Origin: Candidatus Nanoarchaeia archaeon
GTDB lineage: Archaea > Nanobdellota > Nanobdellia > Woesearchaeales > DSVV01
Direction: 5' to 3'
Assembly: GCA_048618745.1 (NCBI GenBank)
Contig: JBMCCQ010000003.1
Location: 1-42,199, forward strand
Length of the DNA: 42,199 nt
Shown here: positions 27,570 through 37,532 of the stretch, in pieces
Layout: each line of letters begins with the position of its first letter
Numbering within the stretch: the first letter of the stretch is position 1
Notes under the pieces: model-generated
Database searches by the model: none
What the model was told of the DNA's origin: nothing
The model's input: only the letters and a program-made list of their open reading frames with translations
Translations under genes and position numbers: made by a program

Positions 27570-27653
27570 AAGGGTTAATTTTTGTTTAATGCTTTGTTAC
27601 AAAATTCTGAACATCCCTTTTCTAAACAGCAATCTTTCTATTGCTTATATATT

Positions 27654-28040
27654 CTAATCTTTAATTCTAAATACATAGCCCAAGAATAATACAATTCCTC
27701 CAAAAACGAGATACACTACAGATGATGCTAGAGCTCCAGGAAGATTTGTGAAAAAAGGTTGTTTCACTATTGGAGCCCAAATAGATATTACTATTCCTGC
27801 CCAGACACCATCCATTATTGAACTAATTTTTAATGAGGGAAATATCATTTTTAATATTAGTATAAATACAATGAAGTTGCAGAGCCATATTAACCATATT
27901 AGAAAATGAAAAGCATTTGTAATAAATTCGAGACTGTATGTTTGAAATGCAATTAATAGAGCGACACCGCTTCCAAACGAAACAAGTAAATTGTTGAAAT
28001 AGTTATTTCTTTGTCTCATATTTTGGGGGATTCTTATCAA
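27654..28040 (-). CDS. Hypothetical 4-TM membrane protein
   Basis: Hydrophobic ORF with no recognised motif. Confidence 0.6.
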   Translation of the reverse strand: MIRIPQNMRQRNNYFNNLLVSFGSGVALLIAFQTYSLEFITNAFHFLIWLIWLCNFIVFILILKMIFPSLKISSIMDGVWAGIVISIWAPIVKQPFFTNLPGALASSVVYLVFGGIVLFLGYVFRIKD

Positions 28041-28264
28041 ATATAAAAATGTTGATGCCTTAATTTGAATATAGGATTTTTATTTAGGTCCTGCGCTGTT
28101 AATTTCTCATCTGATTTGGAAGTACATGAAAACTGCCTTCGCGAATGTCGGATGAATGGTATTCTAATTAGATGATTGAAAAAAATATGTTCTGTACAAA
28201 AATCCAATTGGTCTCTGGTCATATTTACATAATATATTTAAACTATTTGCACTCCCCTTATTTT

Positions 28265-28822
28265 ATGGAACCAATAAAGCTAAAAGAAGCATCTGTACAT
28301 TTGTTTTATGAGATTGATATGTTAAATATGACTGCGGTTAAAGTAAATAATGCTATAAGGAAAAAAATATTCGCTAAAGATAAGCATAACAAAGAAGGAG
28401 TTTGGAGTGCTCAAATAGAATTAAATTTATCTATAGAGTCTTTTGCAATTCATGCGAGAAATCTAGTAGAATTTTTTAATGGGAAAGTGGTTAAACGAAA
28501 AAATTACATCAGAGCTGAACATTATTTAAATAAAGAAAATACACAAAAATTTAGGGAAATTATGGACAAAAATTCCGCTCTTGTAAAATACATCTTCGAT
28601 AAAGCAAATCACCAAATTGCTCACCTTACTTTTGAAAGGATTGAACCTAGATTTAAAGGAGCTAATAAAGCTTGGGACTTGAAAAAAATTGATGCTTTTA
28701 ATAGTATCATTAAGTCGTTTTTGGATTTAACGTCTGAGAACATCTTAAGTGATAATTTAATTAAATGGAAAAAATTTGAAAATCCTTTTCAATATTACAT
28801 TAGAAGATATTCTGAAAGTTAA
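28265..28822 (+). CDS. Hypothetical helical protein, possibly HEPN-like
   Basis: 'IESFAIHARNLVEFF' and 'ANHQIAHLT'; start chosen at ATG 28265 after a TTTAAA box. Confidence 0.55.
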   Translation: MEPIKLKEASVHLFYEIDMLNMTAVKVNNAIRKKIFAKDKHNKEGVWSAQIELNLSIESFAIHARNLVEFFNGKVVKRKNYIRAEHYLNKENTQKFREIMDKNSALVKYIFDKANHQIAHLTFERIEPRFKGANKAWDLKKIDAFNSIIKSFLDLTSENILSDNLIKWKKFENPFQYYIRRYSES

Positions 28823-29030
28823 TTCCTATTAAATCATTTTTTCATACAAAGTTCTGAAAACGTGTGTCTGCCAAAGTAATTTTTTAAGCGTTACATCAAA
28901 AAGGCAAAAACTGCACATAGAAAACAAGAACCGAGGTGAGAAAATATTTAAAAATTTTTTTTATTCAAGAACAATAAGGCGGATGCTTGTCCAATAAAAG
29001 CCACGAGTAGTATTAAATACTGACCAAAAT

Positions 29031-29231
29031 CTAACCAATATTTGCATACCAAACTAAAATTGGGGATACACTCATTCCATAAATGAAAATATTTACGGCT
29101 ATGGCATTTGCAAAGCAGGTGATTCTTCCAACAAAATTCTTTTCAACCGCATGTCCTACTGCAATCAATGCGATGGGAGTTAGAAAGTTAATAAAATATT
29201 CAGGAATAAGACTCTCAATCCACAATACCAT
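29031..29231 (-). CDS. Short hydrophobic ORF, possibly truncated
   Basis: 66 aa, membrane-like; a hydrophobic reading continues past the stop in another frame. Confidence 0.35.
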   Translation of the reverse strand: MVLWIESLIPEYFINFLTPIALIAVGHAVEKNFVGRITCFANAIAVNIFIYGMSVSPILVWYANIG

Positions 29232-29501
29232 ATGTACAAGACATTTAGAATTATATTAAAAATTTATGAATTTTTTTTCTTGGACATAACAATACATAGG
29301 AGAAACCCTCATCTTTTGTTTATATAATATATAGAGGCGCGTCTATAGGCATTTTTTACAAATGTATGATTTAGTGATTTTAAGGCTGGTTATTGCTGGG
29401 AATTTTAATAGTATTGCTCAACTTCTATTATCCCACTATTTCTTGATTTACTCCACAACATTTTTTAATGCTCTTTGCTTTTTTCAATCTGGTGAATTGT
29501 A

Positions 29502-30716
29502 ATGGACGCTCACAAAAGTGCAATAAAAAAATTAGAGAGCATAAGCCCCTTTGTTGGTGAAGAGCTAATTGAATTATTAAGTCATCCAAAAAGAGCAATT
29601 GAAGTTAATATTCCTTTTAAGGGAAGGATAATTAAAGCTTACAGAGTACACTATAACAATGCTTTAGGTCCGGCCAAAGGAGGCATCAGGTTTCATCCTG
29701 AAGTTAATATGGAAGAGACTAAGGCCCTTGCTTTCTGGATGAGCATAAAAAACTCTCTTCTTGGTTTGCCTTTTGGTGGTGGAAAGGGAGGAATGGCAAT
29801 TAACCCTAAAGAATTAACCAATGAAGAGCTCGAGCAGATTAGCCGCGAATTTGTAAGACAGTTTGCTAAAGATATTGGTCCAAATTTAGACATCCCTGCA
29901 CCTGATGTTTATACAAACGCACAGGTAATGGCCTGGATGATGGATGAATACAACAAGATAACCCAAACACACAGTCCCGGTGTTGTTACAGGCAAACCAA
30001 TAATTTTGGGTGGAAGTAAGGCAAGAGAATACGCAACTTCCCAGGGTGCTTATTATGTTCTGAATGCCGCAATAGAGCAATACGACTTCAGTAGAGCCGG
30101 GCTTCATACCGCAATTCACGGCTTTGGAAATGCCGGACAGCATTTTGCGAAAATCTTAGAAAAAGATGGGCATAAGGTAATTGCAGTCTCAGACAGCAAG
30201 GGGGCTGTATATAACCCAAATGGTTTTGATATTGAAAAATTAATTGAATACAAAAATAAAAACGGCGAATTAAGTGGTTACAGGAATGCAAAAGAAATTT
30301 CACATGAGGAGTTGCTCGCACTTGATGCTGATGTCTTGGGGTTAGCGGCGCTTTCAGGAACCATCACTGAAAATAATGCAGGCAATGTGAAAGCAAAACT
30401 AGTAGTGGAGCTTGCTAACGGCCCTGTCACTTCGGAGGCAGAAAAGATTATGCTTAAAAACAACACAATTATTCTGCCTGATATACTGGCCAATGCAGGA
30501 GGAGTTACTGTTTCCTATTTTGAATGGGTCCAAAATAATACAGGTGAAATATGGGAAGAAAAAAGGGTCTTAGAAGCTCTTTACCAGAAAATGGCGCAGG
30601 CTTTTGTTAATGTGCATAATTATGAAAAAAAATACGACCTTGACTTAAGGACCTCCGCTTATCTTTATGCTGTTGAAAGGCTCAAGGAAGCAGAAAAATT
30701 GAGGGGTAGGTTGTAA
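29502..30716 (+). CDS. gdhA: Glutamate dehydrogenase
   Basis: 'GPAKGGIRFHP', 'PFGGGKGG', 'DIPAPDV', 'GFGNAG', 'ANAGGVTVSYFEW'. Confidence 0.95.
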   Translation: MDAHKSAIKKLESISPFVGEELIELLSHPKRAIEVNIPFKGRIIKAYRVHYNNALGPAKGGIRFHPEVNMEETKALAFWMSIKNSLLGLPFGGGKGGMAINPKELTNEELEQISREFVRQFAKDIGPNLDIPAPDVYTNAQVMAWMMDEYNKITQTHSPGVVTGKPIILGGSKAREYATSQGAYYVLNAAIEQYDFSRAGLHTAIHGFGNAGQHFAKILEKDGHKVIAVSDSKGAVYNPNGFDIEKLIEYKNKNGELSGYRNAKEISHEELLALDADVLGLAALSGTITENNAGNVKAKLVVELANGPVTSEAEKIMLKNNTIILPDILANAGGVTVSYFEWVQNNTGEIWEEKRVLEALYQKMAQAFVNVHNYEKKYDLDLRTSAYLYAVERLKEAEKLRGRL

Positions 30717-30748
30717 AATTTATAAACTCTGATATTTTTCCTTTTTGC

Positions 30749-30952
30749 ATGAAAACAGGCAACTTTTTGGTAATAATTGGGGTGGTTATTCTAGTGTTGG
30801 GAATACTCTGGAATTTTGGAATAAAACCATTTCACCTGCCTGGAGATATAATAATTGATAAAGAAAATGTAAAAATATATATTCCTATTGCAACAATGTT
30901 ACTTCTTAGCCTTCTTTTTAGTCTTGGTTTTGCCTTGTACAGGCTCTTTTGA
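30749..30952 (+). CDS. DUF2905 family membrane protein
   Basis: 'HLPGDI...KIYIPIATMLLLS'. Confidence 0.85.
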   Translation: MKTGNFLVIIGVVILVLGILWNFGIKPFHLPGDIIIDKENVKIYIPIATMLLLSLLFSLGFALYRLF

Positions 30953-31408
30953 CTGCTTATCATGTTGTTTCGTTTTATTAGTCGGCTTATTTTTCGGCTC
31001 TTCCGGAATTACTGCCCAGGCTATTATATAAACTAATACTCCCGGCCAGATTCCTGTAAAAATTGTAATAATAACCCAAAGCAGCCTGACCAGGCTAACA
31101 TCCAGGTCAAGGTGTTGTGCAACTCCTGCACAAACACCACCAAGCATTCTGTCATCAATTTTCCTGAACAATGTTTTATTTTTCGTATTACCCATTTTAA
31201 TCTTCCCCTTCAATAAAAAGTACAATATAGCACCAATAAAATGAAAAAATAAGATTACTATTATCCATATTATCTTTTCTTCTGTGCTTAATCTGGATTT
31301 TATGCAGTCAATTAACGCCCATAGCCATACTACAAAAGAGAGTATAATAAAGCCTAACACAAAGAGCATTGTAAAAGGAAAGGCCAAAGCATTAATTAGT
31401 CTGAACAT
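30899..31408 (-). CDS. PLDc_N + PspC domain membrane protein
   Basis: 'WLWALIDC...KIIWIIVILFFHFIGAILYF' then 'DRMLGGVCAGVAQHLDLD...YIIAWAVIPEE'; start at ATG 31408. Confidence 0.85.
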   Translation of the reverse strand: MFRLINALAFPFTMLFVLGFIILSFVVWLWALIDCIKSRLSTEEKIIWIIVILFFHFIGAILYFLLKGKIKMGNTKNKTLFRKIDDRMLGGVCAGVAQHLDLDVSLVRLLWVIITIFTGIWPGVLVYIIAWAVIPEEPKNKPTNKTKQHDKQSKEPVQGKTKTKKKAKK

Positions 31409-31409
31409 T

Positions 31410-31979
31410 TTAGCAGTCCTCCGGGCAGTTGTTTTTGTTTTCAGGACAGGGACAGCCTTCTCCCATGCACACAACTTCCTGGCATATCCCGTCTCCGCAT
31501 TTATCTACACAGATTTTTTCAAAGCTTTCATTCTTATGGTTAAGCCCTTCAGGCGGGTATTCGAAAAATATCTTTTCATCCGGGGTTATGCATTGTTTTG
31601 GGCATCCCTTACAGTCCGGCTCCAGTACTTCAAAACCAGCATCAACACAGGACTTAAAATCATTTACTGCAACAATCTCTTTAAAGTTATATTGCTTAAT
31701 TCCCGTCTCTGCAACAATTGCCGAGACTTCGGCTATAACCATATCATTCTGGTTTTTTATGGAATATGTAATATTATAGCTTAATGGGAAAATATTACCT
31801 TCGCCATCCTCCCATCTGTTAAGCTCCTCAATTTTTTTAAGCTCCAGGTCCTGCATATTGTATCCTTCGCTTTTTAAGATACTGTCTTCTACCATCCTTT
31901 TGGCCTTTTCCTCATTGAGTGCTGCGCTACAGGAAAAAAGTAACATGCATGACAAACCCAAAGTATATATCTTAAGCAT
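31410..31979 (-). CDS. Cys-rich secreted/lipoprotein
   Basis: Signal/lipobox-like 'LLFSC'; 'DFKSCVDAG...CPKQCITPD' and 'CGDGIC...E...CPEDC' motifs. Confidence 0.7.
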   Translation of the reverse strand: MLKIYTLGLSCMLLFSCSAALNEEKAKRMVEDSILKSEGYNMQDLELKKIEELNRWEDGEGNIFPLSYNITYSIKNQNDMVIAEVSAIVAETGIKQYNFKEIVAVNDFKSCVDAGFEVLEPDCKGCPKQCITPDEKIFFEYPPEGLNHKNESFEKICVDKCGDGICQEVVCMGEGCPCPENKNNCPEDC

Positions 31980-32078
31980 TTCTTTACAAAAATCAATATT
32001 ATTTATAAATGCTTCCATTAAGCATCATCATATTTCAAACCCAAACATTTATCAATGTAGAAAGCATGCCTATTTAAA

Positions 32079-33923
32079 ATGAAGGTTATTCATTCATTTC
32101 ATCATAAACGGGTGGAAAAAGAGGTGGAAACAAACCCGGGCTTCCTGCTTGCAAACAAGGAAGGGGGCTACTTTTCATTGGGTGCAAAAGCCAATCTCAC
32201 AAAATACAATGGTAAAGTTATTCTAGAGGATGAGTATTTTAAAACAATAGAAGCACTGCACTTGCAGGAGCCTCCTGCAAAAATTATGAATCATTTCTAC
32301 AATGTTCAGCGAAAAGGGGCACATGCAAAAGAAAGCTTTTTCTTTTATAAAAATGCACTCATTTATGAGGTAGATAACTATACCGGTCCTCTTGAGCTTC
32401 ATCTGGATTGCAGGAAACTATATGACTTTCATGACATGGGCAGGATATACAATACTTTTACAGAAGATGACTGCATTGTGATTGAATATGTTAAATATAA
32501 AACAGGAGATTTGGCAGAAGAGGATTACAGGCTTTATATCGCTATTGCGGGAGCCTCCTATGAAGAAGCAAATAACTGGTTGCCTGTTGAGTATGAATAT
32601 GATATGCAAAGAGAATATGATTACCAGCCGCGCTTTGTTTACCATGCCCTGAACTTAAATATTAAGGATAAGGCGGAGATTGTGTTTGCTTCCTCCACAA
32701 GCAGGCAGAAGGCCCTGCAGCTTGCAAAAAGCGTTTCTCATAACATTAAATCAATCAAAAAGAGGCTTGAGACTAACACCACCACATTTATTCATCCTGA
32801 ATTTCATTTCACCTCAAAAATAAACGAAGTTGCCTACATGTCAGCCAAAAATTCTCTTTATGATCTTCTAACAACGCTTGACGGCAGTCTGGGAATTTAT
32901 GCAGGCCTTCCATGGTTTCACCAGTTCTGGGCACGGGATGAGGCAATCTCAACAGGCGCGCTTATTAAAGAGGGCATGCATAAGCAGGCCAAAAACATTC
33001 TTCTGAGGCTTCTGGACGGCCTTAAGGAGGATGGAAGAATTGTGAACAGATTTCCTGAAAGCGAGCTTGCAAGCGCCGATTCAACAGGATGGGTTTTTAC
33101 AAGGCTTTTTGAGCTGATAACCTCGCTGGAGGCCAACAATAATCTGGGCGTTATTAAAGAGGAGCTTCCCTTAATAAAAAGAAAGTTAAAATATTCAATC
33201 CAGAACCTACTCAACAACCACACTAAAGACGGCCTTGCATACAACAATCCTAAAGAAACCTGGATGGATACTGACTATGGAAATGATACAAGAGAGGGCT
33301 ACAGGATAGAAATCCAGGCCCTCCGGCTTAATATGTATAAGTTTATGGCTTACTTATGCCATCTTGAAGGAGATTTATATAAAAAAAGAAAATATACTGA
33401 GCTCGAGGAGATTACCAGAAAAAAAGTAAAGGAAACGTTTTATCATGGTTATCTTTATGACGGAAAAGACGACCCTGCCTTAAGGCCTAATCTTTTCCTT
33501 GCGTATTATGTTTACCCTGAGCTACTCTCAACAAAAGAGTGGCAAAAGTGCTTTAATTTTGCAATTAAAAAACTCTGGCTTGATTGGGGCGGGTTTAGCA
33601 CAATTGATAAGGAAAGCCCACTTTTTACCCCGCATTATACAGGAGAAAACAACCAAAGTTATCACAGGGGGGACTCATGGTTCTTCTTAAATAACATCGC
33701 AGCCATTTCTTTACTGAAAGTAAATTCCCGTCGTTATAAAAAGTACATTGAGAAAATCTTTAATGCATCCAGGGAGGATATATTGTTCAAAGGTGTTATT
33801 GGGCATCATTCAGAGCTCAGCTCTGCACAGGAGCAAAAGGCGGAAGGCAGCCTTGTTCAGGCATGGTCTGCTGCAACATTTATGGAGTTTGTTAATTCCT
33901 TAAGAGTTTACAAGCTCATATAA
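32079..33923 (+). CDS. Amylo-alpha-1,6-glucosidase (glycogen debranching enzyme family)
   Basis: 'YAGLPWFHQFWARDEAIS', 'TWMD', 'IEIQAL', 'YHRGDSW', 'QAWSAA'. Confidence 0.9.
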   Translation: MKVIHSFHHKRVEKEVETNPGFLLANKEGGYFSLGAKANLTKYNGKVILEDEYFKTIEALHLQEPPAKIMNHFYNVQRKGAHAKESFFFYKNALIYEVDNYTGPLELHLDCRKLYDFHDMGRIYNTFTEDDCIVIEYVKYKTGDLAEEDYRLYIAIAGASYEEANNWLPVEYEYDMQREYDYQPRFVYHALNLNIKDKAEIVFASSTSRQKALQLAKSVSHNIKSIKKRLETNTTTFIHPEFHFTSKINEVAYMSAKNSLYDLLTTLDGSLGIYAGLPWFHQFWARDEAISTGALIKEGMHKQAKNILLRLLDGLKEDGRIVNRFPESELASADSTGWVFTRLFELITSLEANNNLGVIKEELPLIKRKLKYSIQNLLNNHTKDGLAYNNPKETWMDTDYGNDTREGYRIEIQALRLNMYKFMAYLCHLEGDLYKKRKYTELEEITRKKVKETFYHGYLYDGKDDPALRPNLFLAYYVYPELLSTKEWQKCFNFAIKKLWLDWGGFSTIDKESPLFTPHYTGENNQSYHRGDSWFFLNNIAAISLLKVNSRRYKKYIEKIFNASREDILFKGVIGHHSELSSAQEQKAEGSLVQAWSAATFMEFVNSLRVYKLI

Positions 33924-35651
33924 ATATGAAAAAAATCCGGCAACATAAAATAGGGCGGTTATTAACATAAACAGTGCAAAATAGCTGCCTACAATGTAAG
34001 CATCTTCTGCAAATTTCATGCCAATCAGAGTTGAATAGTATATGAATATATCAATAAAATACAATAGTATGTAATAGGCAAAATAAATCAGCGAAATCAT
34101 AATAACTGAAAAGACAACAAATTTTTTAGCCCTGGTCAGGCATAGAATGTAGGTAATAACTAATACTGCAAGCGAGATTAAAAAAACTGAAGGCATGCTG
34201 AGTTGTGCAGTCTGCAAAAGTGACTGTGTTTTTATATCCACTCCAATAAGCGAGCTGGTGTTTATTCTAGTTATCCTGAATACCGGTGTAAGAATAAGAC
34301 ATAAAAATGAGCCAAAAAATATTGCTGCAGTGATATTTTTCATCCTGTAATGTTTTTGCGTAAAAATTGAGTACCATAATATTGCGGGAAGCAAAAGAAT
34401 AAGAAGAAGGGCGATGACATTTCCCAAATAAATATATGCAGTCATTAACTGCTCTGATACTCCTTGAGTATTTGTGAAGTCCTTTGCCATTAAGCTTTCC
34501 TTTTCCTCGCCAAAAACATCCTCATAGCTAAAAACAGGATTATGGCCTGCCCCAAGTTGCTCAAGATACAGGCTGTCGTGTATCCCTGTAGTATAAGGCA
34601 CCATAAAAATGCCCAGGTCTGTCAGGAGGTGAAGCACAAGCATTCCTGACATTCCAAGCAATATACCCTTCCTTGTTTTTAAAAGATGGACAAAGTTTTG
34701 GTAAAAGTCAGTTCCAAAATTTCCCACTTTATAAATAAAGCTTTCACTATTGAATTTAGTATGGTGCTTTATCCAGAGTAAAAGGTAAAAAAAGAGGGCC
34801 ATAACAATAATCGGTGCATCTATGGATATCGCTAGCCATTCCATAACAAGGTTAAAAATTACTACAAAGAAGAAATTTATCACAAAAAATCCTGCCAGAA
34901 ACCGCAGAATTAAATTTTTGTTTTTCTCTCCCAATAATATATCCATCATGCTTGGTTTTTCAATCTTAATTTTAAAGCTGCAGTAAATGGCTATTATAAT
35001 CACCATAAAAATGCCTGCAAGTATTGAAAAATTATAAGCAGCCTCAGGATTGTCAAGCAGAAAGTTGAGCCACCTGTGAACTGAAAATTTACTCTCAACC
35101 TCAATAAGCTGAGAGCTTACATTATTAGAGAGATTTACAACCATTTCATTGGCAGAGGGAGGTAAAGTAGGCTCTATGCTAAGATGCTCAACCATGCCAT
35201 TTAATTGGTTGCTGATGTCAGTAGAAATCATTATCTGCTCCGACGAGCTTATGTTGGCTGTTTCAATAGGATACTGGATATTAATAACCTGTGCATTTGC
35301 AGGAGCTTTGTCAATTGTAAACAAATTGCCCCAGTAAGAAAACCCTTCTTTTTTTAATGCCTGGATTGTGCTTTCAGCATAGCCAATAAACAGCTTGAAA
35401 CTAAACAGAAAATATGAAACAATAAGTGCCAGGTCAAGTTTCTTGTAGGTTCTCCCGAAAAACACATTTGTCGGGCTTGCCCTGTACAAAAGATAGCCCA
35501 GAGCAGTCCATGAAAGGATTTTTTTTGCATAATCCCAATCAGGGCTCAACATGTCCGCAAAATCAAGAATATTCAAAGCAATTATTCCAATAAGTATGAG
35601 CTCTTCTATGCCTATCCCTATGTATTCTAGAAGCTTTTTTAAGTTGCGCAT
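33900..35651 (-). CDS. Large polytopic membrane protein of unknown function
   Basis: More than 10 hydrophobic segments and one long soluble loop. Confidence 0.75.
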   Translation of the reverse strand: MRNLKKLLEYIGIGIEELILIGIIALNILDFADMLSPDWDYAKKILSWTALGYLLYRASPTNVFFGRTYKKLDLALIVSYFLFSFKLFIGYAESTIQALKKEGFSYWGNLFTIDKAPANAQVINIQYPIETANISSSEQIMISTDISNQLNGMVEHLSIEPTLPPSANEMVVNLSNNVSSQLIEVESKFSVHRWLNFLLDNPEAAYNFSILAGIFMVIIIAIYCSFKIKIEKPSMMDILLGEKNKNLILRFLAGFFVINFFFVVIFNLVMEWLAISIDAPIIVMALFFYLLLWIKHHTKFNSESFIYKVGNFGTDFYQNFVHLLKTRKGILLGMSGMLVLHLLTDLGIFMVPYTTGIHDSLYLEQLGAGHNPVFSYEDVFGEEKESLMAKDFTNTQGVSEQLMTAYIYLGNVIALLLILLLPAILWYSIFTQKHYRMKNITAAIFFGSFLCLILTPVFRITRINTSSLIGVDIKTQSLLQTAQLSMPSVFLISLAVLVITYILCLTRAKKFVVFSVIMISLIYFAYYILLYFIDIFIYYSTLIGMKFAEDAYIVGSYFALFMLITALFYVAGFFSYLYELVNS

Positions 35652-35694
35652 GCAGTAAAGTTTACTGCCCTCCTTAATTTAAATAGTTTGTGCT

Positions 35695-36456
35695 TTACAA
35701 AAGTTCCCCAATTATTTTTGCAGCCGCCCGGCTGGTAATATTGTTAACATCAACTTCCGGACACACTTCAACCACATCTGCTGAGTATATTTTTTTTAAA
35801 AACCTCAATCTCTGGAGAAAATAAAGAAGCTCCCTTAATGAAATGCCTCCCGGCTCAGAATGCACAGTTCCCGGAGCAACTGAAGGGTCAAGAACATCAA
35901 TATCAATGGAAATATAAATCTGGCTCCAGCTTTTGGCCTTTGCCATTACATTGTCTGCAATATTGTGTATTCCGTTTTTATATATTGACTTACAGGTAAA
36001 ATAGTTTATTTTGTTTTGCTGCATGTACTCTTTTTCATGAGGGTGAATGTTTCTAAGCCCCACCAAGATTACATTTCCCGGGTTAACATGACCTTCTTGA
36101 ATAAGTTTTCTAAGGTAATCCTCATGGGTGGGCATGTCTGTGCCTTCCATCAGGTCAGGATGGGCATCAAAAACTATTAATCCTGTGTTTTCATGCTTAA
36201 ACCCTCTGAATGCAGAATAAGTAAGTGAGTGATCCCCGCCTATAAAAATCCCGCTCCCTTTATAATCCTGTATAATTTTATGTGTTTCGCTTAGAGTCTC
36301 TTTTATTTCAATAGTGTCGGTTTCATAACTAATCTCTTTTTCGTTTTCATTAATATAAATTCTTTCAAGCTCTTCAAGTATCTTTTCAGGCGCTTTTTCT
36401 GTGCCTTCAGTTTTTCCAAGCCCGCCCTTTCCGTAAGGGACTTTAACTATTTTCAT
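35695..36456 (-). CDS. Arginase/agmatinase family ureohydrolase
   Basis: GGDHS, DAHPD and 'SIDIDVLDP' metal-binding motifs. Confidence 0.92.
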   Translation of the reverse strand: MKIVKVPYGKGGLGKTEGTEKAPEKILEELERIYINENEKEISYETDTIEIKETLSETHKIIQDYKGSGIFIGGDHSLTYSAFRGFKHENTGLIVFDAHPDLMEGTDMPTHEDYLRKLIQEGHVNPGNVILVGLRNIHPHEKEYMQQNKINYFTCKSIYKNGIHNIADNVMAKAKSWSQIYISIDIDVLDPSVAPGTVHSEPGGISLRELLYFLQRLRFLKKIYSADVVEVCPEVDVNNITSRAAAKIIGELL

Positions 36457-36707
36457 TTTCCGTGTATTCTCTCGTTTTCTTCAAAAATCATCTGGTAAAG
36501 GACTTCAATAAGTTTTGGACTGAGCTTAGAATCCTTTTTTAGTGCCTCAATTCTTTCAGTTTCCCTTTTAGTATCCCTGAGGGGGATATACATCTTTTTC
36601 TTTATTCTCCAAATCTCGCCCACTTTATCCAGTCTCTTTTCTAAAAGCCTGATAATCTCCTTGTCAATCTTATACAATTCCTCCCTTAATGGTTGAATCT
36701 TCTCCAT
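36453..36707 (-). CDS. Stand-alone chorismate mutase (AroQ/CM_2)
   Basis: 'LREELYKIDKEIIRLLEKRL...IWRIKK...PLRDTKRE'. Confidence 0.75.
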   Translation of the reverse strand: MEKIQPLREELYKIDKEIIRLLEKRLDKVGEIWRIKKKMYIPLRDTKRETERIEALKKDSKLSPKLIEVLYQMIFEENERIHGK

Positions 36708-36833
36708 TTAGTTTCAGTAAACAAAAATATTTAAATAACTTATGGAAACCTGCTACTGACGCCTGCACTTTCGCCTGTAGCAAGCGAATTGTGTTGGCTT
36801 AGGTTATCGCCAGACACACTCAGAAAAACTTAT

Positions 36834-37064
36834 GCTGTGGTCGCATTATCTGCAAAGGGTTTCACCCTTTCGAGACTCAGGGTGCGTTTCAGTCGCTTAC
36901 GCTCCTTCAACCCCACAAAAAAAAGCGATTTATTTATGCTGCGGTCGCATAATCTGGTACTGACGCCTACGTTTTGCGCCGTAGGCACGCATGAGGGTTT
37001 CGCTTCGCTTAACCCCACAAAAAAAAGCGATTGATTTATGCTGCGGTCGCATAATCTGGTATTG
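36834..37064 (+). repeat. Tandem degenerate copies of the tRNA-Ser 5' end
   Basis: 36909-36962 vs 37011-37064: 54 bp with 2 mismatches. Third copy GCTGTGGTCGCATTATCTG at 36834-36852. Spacings 104 and 102 bp. Confidence 0.85.
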
Positions 37065-37168
37065 CGCTGGCCTTGAGCGGCGACGTATCAAAGGTTCGTA
37101 AGGCTTTGGCCTTCGCCCAAAACAGCCAGTCCCTTCGGGGATTCCCGGTTCGAATCCGGGCCGCAGCG
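37040..37168 (+). tRNA. tRNA-Ser(UGA) with a 46-nt intron at 37/38 (37078-37123)
   Basis: Acceptor GCTGCGG/CCGCAGC, anticodon stem CTGGC/GCCAG, anticodon TGA 37074-37076, long variable arm, GGTTCGAATCC T-arm, G discriminator, BHB-like splice motif; CCA not encoded. Confidence 0.93.
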
Positions 37169-37169
37169 G

Positions 37170-37177
37170 TTTTTTTT
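37170..37177 (+). terminator. Oligo-T terminator of tRNA-Ser
   Basis: T8 run just after the tRNA 3' end. Confidence 0.6.
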
Positions 37178-37184
37178 CTTGACT

Positions 37185-37239
37185 TAAGTGGGCTTGAGCG
37201 AATGACATGAGCGAAACTTTGTAAATCTTTTTTACAAAG
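37185..37239. repeat. 55-bp direct repeat with a hairpin (copy 1; copy 2 at 42145-42199)
   Basis: Identical copies containing CTTTGTAAA-TCTTT-TTTACAAAG. Confidence 0.9.
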
Positions 37240-37308
37240 CCAGCAAAGCTTAATAGACAGTCTGTTGCTTTGCGTTGTGCACCTCGGTCCCGGTTGCCGA
37301 AAGAAGCG

Positions 37309-37342
37309 GGGCCGCAGCGTCAAACTAAAAGTTCAAATCCGT
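37309..37342. repeat. 34-bp direct repeat starting with the tRNA 3' end (copy 2 at 42086-42119)
   Basis: GGGCCGCAGCGTCAAACTAAAAGTTCAAATCCGT is identical at both sites. Confidence 0.9.
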
Positions 37343-37532
37343 AAAGTAAGGGGGCATAGTTTTTGAATTAGCAAAAGGCTTTAATAAATATCTCTTAGTT
37401 GAGGCTTTGTGTGTTGAAAAATTTTCAAGTTTACTATCTAAAAATATTTAAATCCTATTCTTTGTCATGTAGTGAAACTAATAAGAAATTTTACAGGTCT
37501 CAATTCCAAAAGTAAAAGAATGTTCATAGAAA

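Noticed and set aside
36834-37064. CRISPR array
   Set aside because: The repeats are tRNA 5' fragments with a ~103-bp period, only three degenerate copies, and no cas genes are present.
37040-37168. Selenocysteine or opal-suppressor tRNA
   Set aside because: The anticodon is UGA (reads UCA, Ser), not UCA; the acceptor stem is a normal 7 bp.
36789-37323. Short ORFs overlapping the tRNA region
   Set aside because: Shadow ORFs produced by GC-rich tRNA and repeat sequence.
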